This document shows, piece by piece, positions 39,598-51,621 of a stretch of 64,000 nucleotides of DNA; positions within the stretch are counted from its first letter, which is position 1; the number at the start of each line of letters is the position of its first letter. Source of the stretch: Bacteroidales bacterium. GTDB lineage: Bacteria; Bacteroidota; Bacteroidia; Bacteroidales; JACABE01. A model generated the notes under the pieces. That model ran no database searches, was not told the DNA's origin, and saw only the letters and a list, made by a program, of their open reading frames with translations. The position numbers and the translations under genes were made by a program. The DNA is taken from contig JAHEYQ010000017.1 of assembly GCA_023251515.1 (NCBI GenBank), positions 274 to 64,273 on the forward strand, given 5' to 3'.

Positions 39598-40890
39598 TTA
39601 ATCAAATTTTCTTTTGTAAAACCAGAAATCGTATGCTGAAAACCCTATTGTAAATTTTGTAAAGTTTTCTTCAATTAAGCCGTTGTTTTGAGTTCCTTTT
39701 TTCCCAAACTCAACTCCAAGATTAATTGTTGATTTACTTTTTCTGAGTGGTAATCCTAATCCAAAACTTATGCCAAACTCATTTATTTGTTCTCCATAAA
39801 GTTTTAAATTGCTTGGTTCAAATCTAAACCCTGCTCTATATGTTATCCTTTTAAAATAATTTGATGAATTAGAATTGGGTTTAATCATTCCTCCAATTGA
39901 AATACGGAAACTATTATTGAGGGTGTCATTAACTCCTTTGTAAGAATAATCCTTCCAGTTCTGCCAATTAAAATCAGCACCAATCAACCATTTGTTTTTC
40001 TTTTCGAGAGAAAAGCCTATACCAGCACTCATTGGCAGGTGAATTCTGTTTTGCTCTGATTTACTTAAAGAGGAGGTATCATAAACATATTCATAACCAG
40101 AACTTGTTTCGGAATAAGAGTATGATAATTGATCATCAGTTACATTTCCGTTAATAGCATTACTAAAAACAATACCGCTTCCGAAAATATAATCGTTTTT
40201 AAGATTTTTGAAATACTGTAAACCAAAATTAAATTTAAAATTCCCGTAATTGTTTGAATTTAATACTTTTACATTAAAAACATAAGCAGAATCCAAAGGA
40301 GCTACTATTCTGCTTTTATCTATAGTGCCAAATAAATACGATACATTTACACCAAATGACAACTTAGAATTAATTTTAATTGCCTGTCCGATAAAGAACT
40401 GATTAATTCCTCCATTTCCTTCATATCTGAAATCAACGCTTCCATAATTTGGAACAGATTGATGATCAGTGATTTTGTATCCAACACTACTGTATGGCAA
40501 CAAGCCAAAACTTGCTTTCCACCAGCGGTTTATGGGGAATCCAAACGTTAAATAAGACAATGATGTATAATTTGACTTTTGACTTAATCCGTTAGATTCA
40601 AGCGTAGTAAAATTGCTCAACATTCCACCTTCAAAAATAAATGAAAGTGAATCAAATTTTGTATATGATGCAGGATTGTTGAAATTCACAGAGTTGGGTG
40701 TAGCAATTGCCAGCCCGATACCACCCATTCCGCTGTATTGACTGTTGCTATATGACTGCAATTCTCCGATTCCGAATCTTGAATAAGGAGAGTGTATCCT
40801 GTTTTGAGCTTGTAAAGTCCCTATTGTTGAAACGAGGGTCAACAATATGATTATTAGTTTATTAAATTTAATTTTCAACATTAAAATCAA
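39598..40890 (-). CDS. Outer-membrane beta-barrel protein (FadL/TodX-like)
   Basis: SPYSRFGIGEL, GMGGIG, NNPASY, alternating beta-strands, WFYKRKFD end. Confidence 0.65.
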   Translation of the reverse strand: MILMLKIKFNKLIIILLTLVSTIGTLQAQNRIHSPYSRFGIGELQSYSNSQYSGMGGIGLAIATPNSVNFNNPASYTKFDSLSFIFEGGMLSNFTTLESNGLSQKSNYTSLSYLTFGFPINRWWKASFGLLPYSSVGYKITDHQSVPNYGSVDFRYEGNGGINQFFIGQAIKINSKLSFGVNVSYLFGTIDKSRIVAPLDSAYVFNVKVLNSNNYGNFKFNFGLQYFKNLKNDYIFGSGIVFSNAINGNVTDDQLSYSYSETSSGYEYVYDTSSLSKSEQNRIHLPMSAGIGFSLEKKNKWLIGADFNWQNWKDYSYKGVNDTLNNSFRISIGGMIKPNSNSSNYFKRITYRAGFRFEPSNLKLYGEQINEFGISFGLGLPLRKSKSTINLGVEFGKKGTQNNGLIEENFTKFTIGFSAYDFWFYKRKFD

Positions 40891-41596
40891 GTATTATGTT
40901 TAATCCGAATAAAACGATATTTGGAAATGCAAAGATGCTATTTTTAATTATCTTGTCAAAATATTTCATATCTCCACCACTTATTATTACTTTTAAGTCG
41001 GGATATTTTTTTTTATAATTTGATATAATATTCTCTACTTCAGCTATTGAGCCATTAATTACTCCCGATAAAATTGAATTTTCTGTACTGTTACCTATTA
41101 ATGCCGTTGATTTCTTATTTTTGAGTATTAACGGTAATTTATCAGTAAAATTATGTAGAGCCTTAAATCTTATTTTAATTCCCGGCGAAATAGCACCACC
41201 CCAATAATTTGAGTTTTTGTCAATGAAATCGTAAGTAATACAGGTTCCGGCATTTATAACCAATAAATTGCTGTTGTTATATGTGATATTAGCTGAAATA
41301 ATTGCCGCTAATCTGTCATTACCAAGTGTTTCGGGTGAGGCATATTTGTTTTTTATAGGAATTGGAGTATCAGTAGCAAGTTCAATAAAACGAAAATTGG
41401 TTTGTAAATAGCTGTAAATGTCTTTATTATAGTTAATTACTGAAGATAAAATTGCTGACTCTATTGTGAATGAAGCGATAAAATCCTGAATATTTTTTAG
41501 AGAAATTTTCTTAAAAGCTTTAATCGCAATTAATTGATTGTGATCAAAAATTGCAGCTTTTTGTAATGTATTTCCAAAATCTAAGATTAACTTCAT
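40868..41596 (-). CDS. coaX: Type III pantothenate kinase
   Basis: LDFGNT, TLGNDRLA, INAGTCITYD, GGAISPG, ISGGD. Confidence 0.92.
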   Translation of the reverse strand: MKLILDFGNTLQKAAIFDHNQLIAIKAFKKISLKNIQDFIASFTIESAILSSVINYNKDIYSYLQTNFRFIELATDTPIPIKNKYASPETLGNDRLAAIISANITYNNSNLLVINAGTCITYDFIDKNSNYWGGAISPGIKIRFKALHNFTDKLPLILKNKKSTALIGNSTENSILSGVINGSIAEVENIISNYKKKYPDLKVIISGGDMKYFDKIIKNSIFAFPNIVLFGLNIILDFNVEN

Positions 41597-41678
41597 TTTT
41601 TATTTAAAGTGCAAAAATAGACAAAAAACTTATATATAAAAACGAAATATCTAAAAATCAAATAAATAAATTTATTTT

Positions 41679-42383
41679 TTATTTGTTATAATCAACTTCT
41701 TTGGCTAATAAGCCTTTTTCATCGTAAAATTTCCAAAGACCTGTTTCTTTTCCTTCCTTATAAAAGCCTTCGTATCTTTTGTTTCCATTTTCGTACCATA
41801 CATTTCTAATACTGTCATTTACATCATTTTTGAAGTATCCTTCACTCCATCTATTTCCGTTTTCGTACCAGTAATTCCAGTTTCCTTCGCGTTTATTGTT
41901 TTTGCTGCTACCCTGCATTTGGATTTTGTATGAAGGGTAAAAGAATAATTCATTAGCTGTTTCATCATTTTGTTTACTATAAATACAATGATAAGGTGAG
42001 CCATTTGGATAAATTTCAATAACAGCCAATTGTAATGAATTATCAAAATATGGATTTTGATCTGGTTTTAATATTTGCCATTTTTGAGTAGCAATGGATG
42101 TTGTTACTTCTGTTGATGCAAATAGTTTGCCGTTTTCGTACCAATATTCCCATTTACCGGCTCTAATTCCATTTTTATATTCACCTTTATAGCTTTCTTT
42201 CTGATTTTGATAATATCCGATTTCTCTGGTTTTAATTTTCACATCATTTTTTTTGATGAAGTAACAAATCACTTTTGGTGAACCATCAGCATATTTTTCG
42301 GTAATTTCCTTTATTTCGCCTGAACATGAGATCATTAAAGCTAAAGTAAGGATAAAGTAAAAAAATCTTTTTATTTTTGTCAT
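41679..42383 (-). CDS. MORN-variant repeat lipoprotein (YwqK-like)
   Basis: LMISC lipobox and repeated GxWxYWYENGxx units. Confidence 0.7.
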   Translation of the reverse strand: MTKIKRFFYFILTLALMISCSGEIKEITEKYADGSPKVICYFIKKNDVKIKTREIGYYQNQKESYKGEYKNGIRAGKWEYWYENGKLFASTEVTTSIATQKWQILKPDQNPYFDNSLQLAVIEIYPNGSPYHCIYSKQNDETANELFFYPSYKIQMQGSSKNNKREGNWNYWYENGNRWSEGYFKNDVNDSIRNVWYENGNKRYEGFYKEGKETGLWKFYDEKGLLAKEVDYNK

Positions 42384-42415
42384 ATTTATAAAAAATTAAA
42401 AATGATATACTAATT

Positions 42416-44311
42416 CTAAAGATTTAAAATTAAATTTACTATTGAATTTACATCAAAGTTACATTCGGTTTGTAATTCATTTATAGTACCATGTTCCACA
42501 AATCTATCGGGTACACCCAATCGAATGATTTTTTTATTATATTGATTTTCAGAAGCAAATTCCATTAATGCAGAACCTAATCCACCATTAATAACACCAT
42601 CTTCCAACGAAATAATATTTGAATATTTGTTGAAAGTAGTATGTAATAATTTGGTGTCCAAAGGTTTTAAAAATCTGATATCACAAATTCCGATATTGAT
42701 ATTTTTCTCGGCTAATATTTCGGCTGCTTTTAATGCCGAATTGCCAATATGACCAATAGAAATGATAACCGTTTGATCTCCTTCTTTTAACATTCTTCCT
42801 TCGCCAATATTTAGTTCAGAAAAAGGTGTTTTCCATTCGGGCATAACGCCTCTGCCTCTGGGATATCTGATCACAAAACTACCGTTTTTACCTAACTGAG
42901 CAGTAAACATCATATTTCGCAATTCTTCTTCATTTAATGGAGAACAGATAATTAAATCGGGAATACATCTGAAAAAAGCGAGATCGAAAACGCCATGATG
43001 TGTTGCTCCATCTTCGCCAACCAAGCCACCTCTGTCAAGACAGAAAATTACTTTTAATTTTTGGAGTGCAACATCGTGAATTACCTGATCGTAAGCTCTT
43101 TGCATAAAAGAAGAGTAAATGTTGCAGAATGGAATCATGCCTTGAGCAGCCATGCCGGCTGAAAAAGTTACAGCATGTTGTTCGGCTATACCCACATCAA
43201 AAGCTCTGTCGGGCATTTTTTCCATCATTAAATTTAGAGAACATCCGGAAGGCATTGCTGGAGTAACTCCGATAATTTTCTCATTCATTTCGGCAAGTTC
43301 AATAATTGTTTTGCCAAAAACAGTTTGATATTTAGGTGCTAACTTATGAGTACATTCCAATTTGATAATTTCGCCGGTTTTACGATCGAAAGTGCCGGGA
43401 GCATGATATGTAGTCGGATCTTTTTCAGCTTTTTCCAATCCTTTACCTTTTGTAGTAATAATATGTAAAAGCTTGGGACCCGGAATATTTTTCATATCTT
43501 TAAATATTCGGGTTAGATTAATTACATCATGCCCATCTACCGGACCGAAATATCTGAAATTTAAAGATTCGAATAAATTGCTTTTTCTTAGAAGTGTGGT
43601 TTTTAATGCATTGCCTATTTGGCGAACCAGAGCACGTGAATTTCTTCCATAAGGACTTCCACCTCCCATAAAACGCCAAACTTTGTCCTTAAATCTGTTG
43701 TAAGATTCTGAAGTTGTTATTTTTGTGAGGTATTCACTCAGAGCTCCAACATTTTTATCAATAGCAATTCCGTTATCATTTAAAATAACCAGCAAATTGC
43801 TTTTTGCAACACCTGCATGATTTAAAGCTTCAAAAGCCATGCCGGCAGTCATTGAGCCATCACCAATAATTGCAATATGCTGACGGTCATTTTCTTTTTT
43901 AAGAGCTGAAGCAACAGCCATACCTAAAGCAGCAGAAATAGATGTGGATGAATGACCTACGCCAAATGAATCATATTCACTTTCGCTCATTCTCGGAAAA
44001 CCACTAATTCCCTGATACATTCTATTGGTATAAAAAATATTTTTCCTACCGGTAAGTATTTTATGTGGATAAGCCTGATGCCCAACATCCCAGATTAATT
44101 TATCATAGGGTGTATTGAAAACGTAATGCAATGCTGTAGCTAATTCTACTGTGCCGAGACTGGCACTCAAATGCCCGGGATTGTATGAAATTACATCAAT
44201 AACAAATCGTCTCAACTCATTGCAGAGTTGAGGTAATTGATTTTCGTCAAGTTTTTTTAAATCTGACGGATAATCTATTGAAGATAAGAGTTTTCCGGGT
44301 TCTACAACCAT
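42416..44311 (-). CDS. dxs: 1-deoxy-D-xylulose-5-phosphate synthase
   Basis: GHLSASLG, WDVGHQAYPHK, GDGSMTAG...LNDN, DVGIAEQHA, DRGGLVGEDGATH. Start moved to MVVEPG (44311), after a TAATTTTG element at 44335-44342. Confidence 0.95.
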   Translation of the reverse strand: MVVEPGKLLSSIDYPSDLKKLDENQLPQLCNELRRFVIDVISYNPGHLSASLGTVELATALHYVFNTPYDKLIWDVGHQAYPHKILTGRKNIFYTNRMYQGISGFPRMSESEYDSFGVGHSSTSISAALGMAVASALKKENDRQHIAIIGDGSMTAGMAFEALNHAGVAKSNLLVILNDNGIAIDKNVGALSEYLTKITTSESYNRFKDKVWRFMGGGSPYGRNSRALVRQIGNALKTTLLRKSNLFESLNFRYFGPVDGHDVINLTRIFKDMKNIPGPKLLHIITTKGKGLEKAEKDPTTYHAPGTFDRKTGEIIKLECTHKLAPKYQTVFGKTIIELAEMNEKIIGVTPAMPSGCSLNLMMEKMPDRAFDVGIAEQHAVTFSAGMAAQGMIPFCNIYSSFMQRAYDQVIHDVALQKLKVIFCLDRGGLVGEDGATHHGVFDLAFFRCIPDLIICSPLNEEELRNMMFTAQLGKNGSFVIRYPRGRGVMPEWKTPFSELNIGEGRMLKEGDQTVIISIGHIGNSALKAAEILAEKNINIGICDIRFLKPLDTKLLHTTFNKYSNIISLEDGVINGGLGSALMEFASENQYNKKIIRLGVPDRFVEHGTINELQTECNFDVNSIVNLILNL

Positions 44312-44422
44312 TTGTTTTTTTTTTAACGAGTTTGCAAAATTAGTGTAAAAATTTGAAAATTCTAAACGATAATGCTTTTGAATTATTGCATTAATAAGTT
44401 TTTTTAAGAAATATGAATGCAA

Positions 44423-44458
44423 AAAAAATAGCTGATACCTGAGTATCAGCTATTTTTT
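44423..44458 (-). terminator. Terminator of gap
   Basis: aaaaaatagctgatac-ctga-gtatcagctatttttt. Confidence 0.85.
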
Positions 44459-44475
44459 AATTATAAGTAGATAGT

Positions 44476-45507
<1,032 letters not shown>

Positions 45508-45611
45508 TTAATGCTTTAGCTTTTTACCAGCATTATTATTTTCAGTCGTCAAAATTAGATAATTTATTTGAAAATTAGCCTTTATTTCAGATTAAAAAAT
45601 TCTAATAAATA

Positions 45612-45650
45612 AAAAAAGAGATAATATCCGGCTCATATTATCTCTTTTTT
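45612..45650. terminator. Terminator downstream of the type B T9SS cargo gene
   Basis: aaaaaagagataatat / atattatctctttttt. Confidence 0.75.
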
Positions 45651-45665
45651 AAAGATTTAGAATGC

Positions 45666-48008
45666 TTATCTTATGAGCATTACCGAACCTGGTTTGCTTC
45701 TTCTGATTCCAAGAATATCTTTGTAAATTACCAGATAATTATAAACTCCGGATGGAAGTTCGTTATTATTTGTTTTTCCATTCCAGCCGTAATTAATATC
45801 TTTTGATTCGAATACCAATTTGCCCCAGCGGTCGTAAATGTATATTTCAAATTCCTGAGTACCCATACCCATAATCTTGAATTCATCATTCAAACCATCA
45901 CCATTTGGTGTAAATGAATTTGGTACATAATAAGTACCATCTGGACGAACAATAACCCATATTTCAGTTGAGTCAATACAACCAAAAGAATTTGCTGCAA
46001 TAAGTTTTACCAAATAGCGTCCGGTATCCTGATCGCTATATGTGTGATAAAAATTAGCTTGATTTGAAGTTGCTCCGTCTCCCAAAGTCCAGTACCATGT
46101 TGTTGATGAGGTATTTCCATCCAACAGGTGTACAATTGGGCTAAAAATTGAAACTGGATTTGGAGTTGCAATTATATGAGGAACAGGTAATAAACTTGTG
46201 TTAACGGTAACGTTTGCTGCATTTACACAAGTATTTGTATCAATTCCAACTACAGTATATGTAATAGTGGTTGAAGGTGTTACAACAGGATTGCTTAAGT
46301 TTTGTTGTCCGTTCAGTGAATTATCTGGTGGATTGGAAGTCCAATGATAAGTATTTGCACCACCGGCTTGTAAATTGGCTGGTTCGTTCGGACAAATTGT
46401 TGATGGATTTGTAGTAGCAGTAACTGTTGGAAGTGGATAAACAAATACAGTAACTGTATCTGTATCAGTAAATGAGAAGAAATTAGTAGCTGTAACAACA
46501 TAAGTTGTTGTTGTGGTAGGATTTACTTTTATTGTAGCATTAGGATTTCCATTATCCCATAAATATGTTGTACCTCCCGAGGCTGTTAGAATAGCTGTGT
46601 CTCCAAGACAAATACTTGTATCAGGTCCGGCATCTGCAAATTCGCAATCAACAATAACTAACGCCGAATCTTTTGCAACTTTCAAACAGGCATCAGTTAC
46701 ATTAACTTTAAAAAGTGTAGTTGATGTAAAATTAGGGTTAACAATGGGTGTACTTCCTGCACCGTTATTCCATGAATATTGGTATGGAGTTATTCCACCA
46801 CTTGTAATTACCTTAAGTTGAGATGTATTATTACATATGGTTGTATCGCCATAAGCAGTTGCAACTAAAGAATCATAGTTCATAATGTTAAAATTGAGTG
46901 TATCCAGATCACCACAAAGCGAGGTTTGTATTACAAGTTGTATGGTTTCTGTAGGTTCTGTAATATGATCATAATATGGAGTAAGATTTAATTGTACAGA
47001 ATTTTGGCCGGTTGGAATAATTAATGTATTCGGAATTAGCGGATAATCAACACCATTGGTTGCAGTTCCTCCTATTGAAACTATAGGAATTTGATAAGGA
47101 TAGGTAACATTATAAGGATAATTGAATGTTAGAATTATATTATTACAACCTTCAATTGCATTGGTAGCTGAAACAGAAGGCATTGAATAAGCGGTATTAA
47201 TTGAAATCTGTGGGCTGCTGAAGCTATTTGCTTCTAAGAAAACGCCTGAATCATACGAAGCATCACCACAATCTGCAATTGCAAGTTTCATATGATATTG
47301 AGTACAAGGTATTACCAAAGCCCAAGCAGTTAAAACTGTTGTAAAACCGTCATACTGTATAGAAGAACCACTATTTGTAATAAAATATTGTGAGTTTGTT
47401 GTAACATTTACATTGTCAATACATACAGGTAAATTTGTATTTGGTATCAAAGCAATATTTTTATTAACATAGCTTGCTCCCAATGGATTAAAGCCTGAAA
47501 TAAAAAATCCGAAAACATCGTTAAAATTAGTATTAACAAATTCAGGATATTCTTCTGATCCAAATACATAGCGAAATTTAATTGTATCTGATAATGGTAT
47601 AAAATCAAATTCAAGAACAGCAGATTCATTGACAGTTTTATTTGGCACAAGAGCCTGAAGTTGAGGGTCATTAGTAACTGTTGCCATCCCTGAAGGAGTA
47701 GTTGTGCTTCCTGATGAATTTGGCCCAACTGCTCCGGAAATTCCACCACTACCTAAAAACAAACCACTTGTAATTCCCAGGTTAGTTGCAGTTGTACCAG
47801 TTGTAAAAGAACCCATCATAGCACCAGTTAATGGAGCCGTAGAACCATTAAATTTCACATTGCTAACTGTTACTCCGGTGCCAACAAGTATGTTTTGTAC
47901 AAGCGTTTGAGGTGTTGTTCCTGAACCAGATACAACATTCAATTGTGCTTTTGATGAAAATCCAATAGTTGTGAGCAAGGCTATAATTAATATTTTTTTT
48001 ATATACAT
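45666..48008 (-). CDS. T9SS type B cargo (gliding-motility-associated CTD) surface protein with choice-of-anchor L-like N-domain and Ig/PKD repeats
   Basis: LEFDFIP...FRYVFGSEEYPEFV...DVFGF, AIADCGDASYDSGVF, PKD WYWTLGDG, CTD VPNSFTPNGDGLNDEF...IYDRWG...G.V.LIR. Confidence 0.8.
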   Translation of the reverse strand: MYIKKILIIALLTTIGFSSKAQLNVVSGSGTTPQTLVQNILVGTGVTVSNVKFNGSTAPLTGAMMGSFTTGTTATNLGITSGLFLGSGGISGAVGPNSSGSTTTPSGMATVTNDPQLQALVPNKTVNESAVLEFDFIPLSDTIKFRYVFGSEEYPEFVNTNFNDVFGFFISGFNPLGASYVNKNIALIPNTNLPVCIDNVNVTTNSQYFITNSGSSIQYDGFTTVLTAWALVIPCTQYHMKLAIADCGDASYDSGVFLEANSFSSPQISINTAYSMPSVSATNAIEGCNNIILTFNYPYNVTYPYQIPIVSIGGTATNGVDYPLIPNTLIIPTGQNSVQLNLTPYYDHITEPTETIQLVIQTSLCGDLDTLNFNIMNYDSLVATAYGDTTICNNTSQLKVITSGGITPYQYSWNNGAGSTPIVNPNFTSTTLFKVNVTDACLKVAKDSALVIVDCEFADAGPDTSICLGDTAILTASGGTTYLWDNGNPNATIKVNPTTTTTYVVTATNFFSFTDTDTVTVFVYPLPTVTATTNPSTICPNEPANLQAGGANTYHWTSNPPDNSLNGQQNLSNPVVTPSTTITYTVVGIDTNTCVNAANVTVNTSLLPVPHIIATPNPVSIFSPIVHLLDGNTSSTTWYWTLGDGATSNQANFYHTYSDQDTGRYLVKLIAANSFGCIDSTEIWVIVRPDGTYYVPNSFTPNGDGLNDEFKIMGMGTQEFEIYIYDRWGKLVFESKDINYGWNGKTNNNELPSGVYNYLVIYKDILGIRRSKPGSVMLIR

Positions 48009-48148
48009 ATACTTAGTTATTTAAAAAATCAAAAATAGTAAAAATGTATTAATCAGACAATATCTAAGCTTAATAAGTTGCCCAAAGTTTTGTTAATAGA
48101 AATTAAGGCAACAGATTTTGGTTTTAAAAAGCGAATATATAATCTTTT

Positions 48149-49420
48149 TTATTTTGTGTAAAAGTCAATCATCCATTGGGTTGCACGTTTGCATACAGGA
48201 CAATAAGCATTGTATTTAACTGATTTCATGGTGCAATCAATATAAGGACGATAAACCCCTTTGCTCATATATCCACCACCTTCATAAACGCCAATAATTT
48301 TTTTGTTTTCTTCTGTTGCAGGTGTTGGAATTGGCGTGAATTTATTCAGCATATTTTTCCATTTGCCTTCAAAATTTACCAATGTTGTGATATTGGGTTC
48401 CCACGGTTCAACCGTTAATGGATAAAAATCTTCAACACTTACTTCTGAAGTATAATATTCGTCACCCAAGCCTGCAAAAGCATGCCCAAATTCGTGTTGA
48501 ATCAGGAAATTAGCTACAGCATTTCCGGCAGCAGCAGTGCAATAAAAATTATAAATGCCACCACCGCCATATTTTTCGGTATTACACATTATAATAATCT
48601 GATCGTAAGCAACATTGGTTAAAGCATCATGCAAAGTTTTGTTTTCCAGTGTCATCAGATATCTGTCAGAATTAATAGTGTTGAAACTACAACCAACCGC
48701 AGTTTTTACATTGAAAGTATCAATGGGGTCGGTAATGCCCGATTGAGCCGAAATGGCTGCTACTCCCCAGATATTGATTTTGTTTGCATTTTCATTAAAC
48801 GGATTGGCTTTGAGAATATAATTATTGAATTTCTCAAAATCTTTCTTCATTTTGTCAATTTCGTTTATAGTATATCCATCAGCAATAATTGCAATATCAA
48901 GCTTTTCTGAACTTTCTCCCGAAAAATGAAGGGCATTTATTTCGAATTTATTTTGTTTTGGTTTTAAAATAAAATCTTTTTTTAAGTCAATAATCATATT
49001 TTCAACATTTTGCCAGTTGTTCAAAGAGTCTCTGCTTTGAAATACAAGTTTTACCACATTTTTAGGGTAGGGGATAAGCACCGTTTCAGAAAAATTTCCG
49101 CAACTTCCTTTTCCTTCATTGGTTGTTCGCCATTCGGCAAATAAACTTGAATAAGCTCTTGAATAAATTAATATGCCTGACGCTGTATCATACATCATTA
49201 TGCGAAATTTTCCATAATCAAAGGTGTCAATCAAATTTACTTTTGATCCTGCCCAAACGTTTTTCTCTATCAGTTCGTCTAAACGATAGTATTCATGTAT
49301 GAAATTTCCTGAGTGAAAATAGTCTATCCGTAATGTTTTGTTTTCAAAATAATTACTGAACTGTGAAAATCCTTGTATTGAAAAGCAAATCAATAAGATT
49401 GAAAGTAACGTTTTTTTCAT
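48149..49420 (-). CDS. Peptidase M64 family metallopeptidase
   Basis: HEFGHAFAGLGDEY zinc motif, YEGGGY..KGVYRP...C.MK...YCPVC. Confidence 0.88.
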   Translation of the reverse strand: MKKTLLSILLICFSIQGFSQFSNYFENKTLRIDYFHSGNFIHEYYRLDELIEKNVWAGSKVNLIDTFDYGKFRIMMYDTASGILIYSRAYSSLFAEWRTTNEGKGSCGNFSETVLIPYPKNVVKLVFQSRDSLNNWQNVENMIIDLKKDFILKPKQNKFEINALHFSGESSEKLDIAIIADGYTINEIDKMKKDFEKFNNYILKANPFNENANKINIWGVAAISAQSGITDPIDTFNVKTAVGCSFNTINSDRYLMTLENKTLHDALTNVAYDQIIIMCNTEKYGGGGIYNFYCTAAAGNAVANFLIQHEFGHAFAGLGDEYYTSEVSVEDFYPLTVEPWEPNITTLVNFEGKWKNMLNKFTPIPTPATEENKKIIGVYEGGGYMSKGVYRPYIDCTMKSVKYNAYCPVCKRATQWMIDFYTK

Positions 49421-49667
49421 GATTTATGGAATTTTAATATGCGAAAATAGTTTAAATTTTATTAAAATGACGGTTTGTATTCAAATTATTTATAATTTTG
49501 TACTGCAAATTTATTAAAATGCAAAAAGTAAATAAAATAGGTTTTCCAAAAAAGATTCTTCTTTTAAACATAAAGGACAGAGATAGTTTTGTTCTGTAAA
49601 TCCCGTTATATCTATATTTTTTAAATTATTATTTTCATTCAATTTACAAACATAAAACTATTCAAAA

Positions 49668-51044
49668 ATGAATTTACCATTTGCAGAATCATACAAAATA
49701 AAGATGGTTGAACCCATCAGAAGAAGTACTCGTGAAGAAAGAGAACAATGGATAAAAGATGCCAAATACAATCTTTTCAATTTAAGAAGCGATCAGGTTT
49801 ATATTGATTTGCTAACAGATTCAGGAACAGGTGCAATGAGTGACCGTCAATGGAGCGAAATGATGCTTGGAGACGAAAGTTATGCAGGAGCTTCTTCTTA
49901 TTATAAAATGAAAAATGCTATAAGCAAAATACTTGGTTTTGAGCATTTTCTGCCAACACATCAAGGTAGAGCTGCTGAAAATGTATTGTTTTCAGTATTA
50001 GTAAAAGCCGGAGATTTTGTTCCCGGAAATTCTCATTTCGATACTACCAAAGGTCATATCGAATTTCGTAAGGCAAAAGCGATGGATTGTACTATAGATG
50101 AAGCATTTGATACAGAAATTTATCATCCTTTCAAAGGAAATATTGATTTAAATAAACTGGAAAATGTTATGAAATCGGTTCCAACCGAAAAAATTCCATT
50201 TATTATCGTTACTGTTACCTGCAATTCATCAGGTGGTCAGCCGGTTTCAATGCAAAATCTGAAAGATGTAAAGCAGATAGCCGAAAAATATGGTAAAATC
50301 GTAATTTTCGATTCAGCCCGTTTTGCCGAAAATGCCTATTTTATTAAGATGCGGGAAGAAGGCTATGCTGATAAATCTATCAAAGAGATTGTAAAAGAAA
50401 TGTTTTCGTATGCAGATGCTATGACCATGAGTAGCAAAAAAGATGCTATTGTAAATATGGGCGGTTTTATAGCAATGCGAAATGAAGAATTATGGCGTCA
50501 GGCTAGTGTTTTCAATATCATGTTCGAAGGTTATGTAACTTATGGCGGTATGTCGGGTCGTGATATGAATGCTTTGGCTCAGGGACTTGATGAAGGAACC
50601 GAATTTGATTATCTGGAAACCCGTATCAAACAAGTTGAATATTTAGGCTCTCGATTGGAAGAGTTTGGTATTCCGTTTCAGAAACCAGTTGGCGGACATG
50701 CTATTTTTATTGATGCAAAAAAAATACTTCCTGTATTGCCTAAAGAACAATATGTTGCACAAACCTTAGGTGTTGAATTGTATTTGGAAGCAGGTATCAG
50801 AGGCGTTGAAATAGGAACTTTGTTAGCTGATAGAGATCCTGTTACCCGCGAAAATCGTTATCCGATTCTGGAGCTTTTGCGTTTGGCAATTCCACGCAGA
50901 GTTTATACTAATAATCACATGGATGTAATTGCTGTTGCTTTGAAAAATGTTTTTGATCGCCGCAACGAAATTACTTCAGGCTTAAGTATTGTGAGAGAAG
51001 CTCCTATAATGAGACATTTTACAGTTGAAATGGAAAAAGTCTAA
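49668..51044 (+). CDS. tnaA: Tryptophanase (beta-eliminating lyase; tyrosine phenol-lyase not excluded)
   Basis: IDLLTDSGTGAMS, GDESYAG, HQGRAAE, DSARFAENA, PLP lysine MSSKKD, RLAIPRRVY. Confidence 0.82.
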   Translation: MNLPFAESYKIKMVEPIRRSTREEREQWIKDAKYNLFNLRSDQVYIDLLTDSGTGAMSDRQWSEMMLGDESYAGASSYYKMKNAISKILGFEHFLPTHQGRAAENVLFSVLVKAGDFVPGNSHFDTTKGHIEFRKAKAMDCTIDEAFDTEIYHPFKGNIDLNKLENVMKSVPTEKIPFIIVTVTCNSSGGQPVSMQNLKDVKQIAEKYGKIVIFDSARFAENAYFIKMREEGYADKSIKEIVKEMFSYADAMTMSSKKDAIVNMGGFIAMRNEELWRQASVFNIMFEGYVTYGGMSGRDMNALAQGLDEGTEFDYLETRIKQVEYLGSRLEEFGIPFQKPVGGHAIFIDAKKILPVLPKEQYVAQTLGVELYLEAGIRGVEIGTLLADRDPVTRENRYPILELLRLAIPRRVYTNNHMDVIAVALKNVFDRRNEITSGLSIVREAPIMRHFTVEMEKV

Positions 51045-51066
51045 TTTCAAAAAATAATTAATATTT

Positions 51067-51106
51067 AAAGACGATGCAGGTTAAAAATCAGCATCGTCTT
51101 TTTTTT
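51067..51106 (+). terminator. Terminator of tnaA
   Basis: aaagacgatgc...gcatcgtcttt plus T-run. Confidence 0.8.
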
Positions 51107-51152
51107 AAAAATATAAATATTTAAAAATAAGTGTTTTATAAAAAACATACAA

Positions 51153-51599
51153 ATGGAAAAAGCAAAAAGATATCAAAGAATTTATACTCAATTGGAACAA
51201 TTGTTACAGAAAAGTGATGATATGGAAGCCAGAATGTGTTCGGTAGTAGCAGTTTTGCATCATAAAATGGATGGCTTTTTCTGGACTGGTTTTTATTGTT
51301 TGCGAAATGATAAGTTGATTGTCAGATCTTATCAAGGTTCGGTGGCTTGTATGGAACTGAAAAAAGATACCGGCGTTTGTTGGGCTGGGATTAATCAACA
51401 AAAAACCATAGTAGTTCCTGATGTAGAACAATTTCCGGGTCATATTGCCTGCGATTCACGCTCACGTTCCGAAATTGTTGTCCCACTTCACGATAAAAGT
51501 GGCAGTATCATTGGTGTTTTGGATGTTGATAGTAAAGAACTTAATACATTTGATGAAACAGATGCTGAATGGCTCGAAAAAATTGTTGGATTAATATAG
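51153..51599 (+). CDS. GAF-domain free methionine-(R)-sulfoxide reductase-like protein (MsrC/YebR)
   Basis: FFWTGFY, YQGSVAC, GVCWA, DVEQFPGHIACDSRSRSEIVVP, VLDVDS. Confidence 0.82.
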   Translation: MEKAKRYQRIYTQLEQLLQKSDDMEARMCSVVAVLHHKMDGFFWTGFYCLRNDKLIVRSYQGSVACMELKKDTGVCWAGINQQKTIVVPDVEQFPGHIACDSRSRSEIVVPLHDKSGSIIGVLDVDSKELNTFDETDAEWLEKIVGLI

Positions 51600-51621
51600 T
51601 TTTTTCACTTCTTAAACAACC

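Noticed and set aside
41679-42383. YwqK-type antitoxin of a toxin-antitoxin pair
   Set aside because: No toxin gene is adjacent (neighbours are dxs and coaX). It is better explained as a MORN-variant repeat lipoprotein.
49421-49667. TnaC-like leader peptide for tryptophanase
   Set aside because: The only short ATG ORF I traced (MTVCIQIIYNFVLQIY) has no Trp and no terminal Pro.
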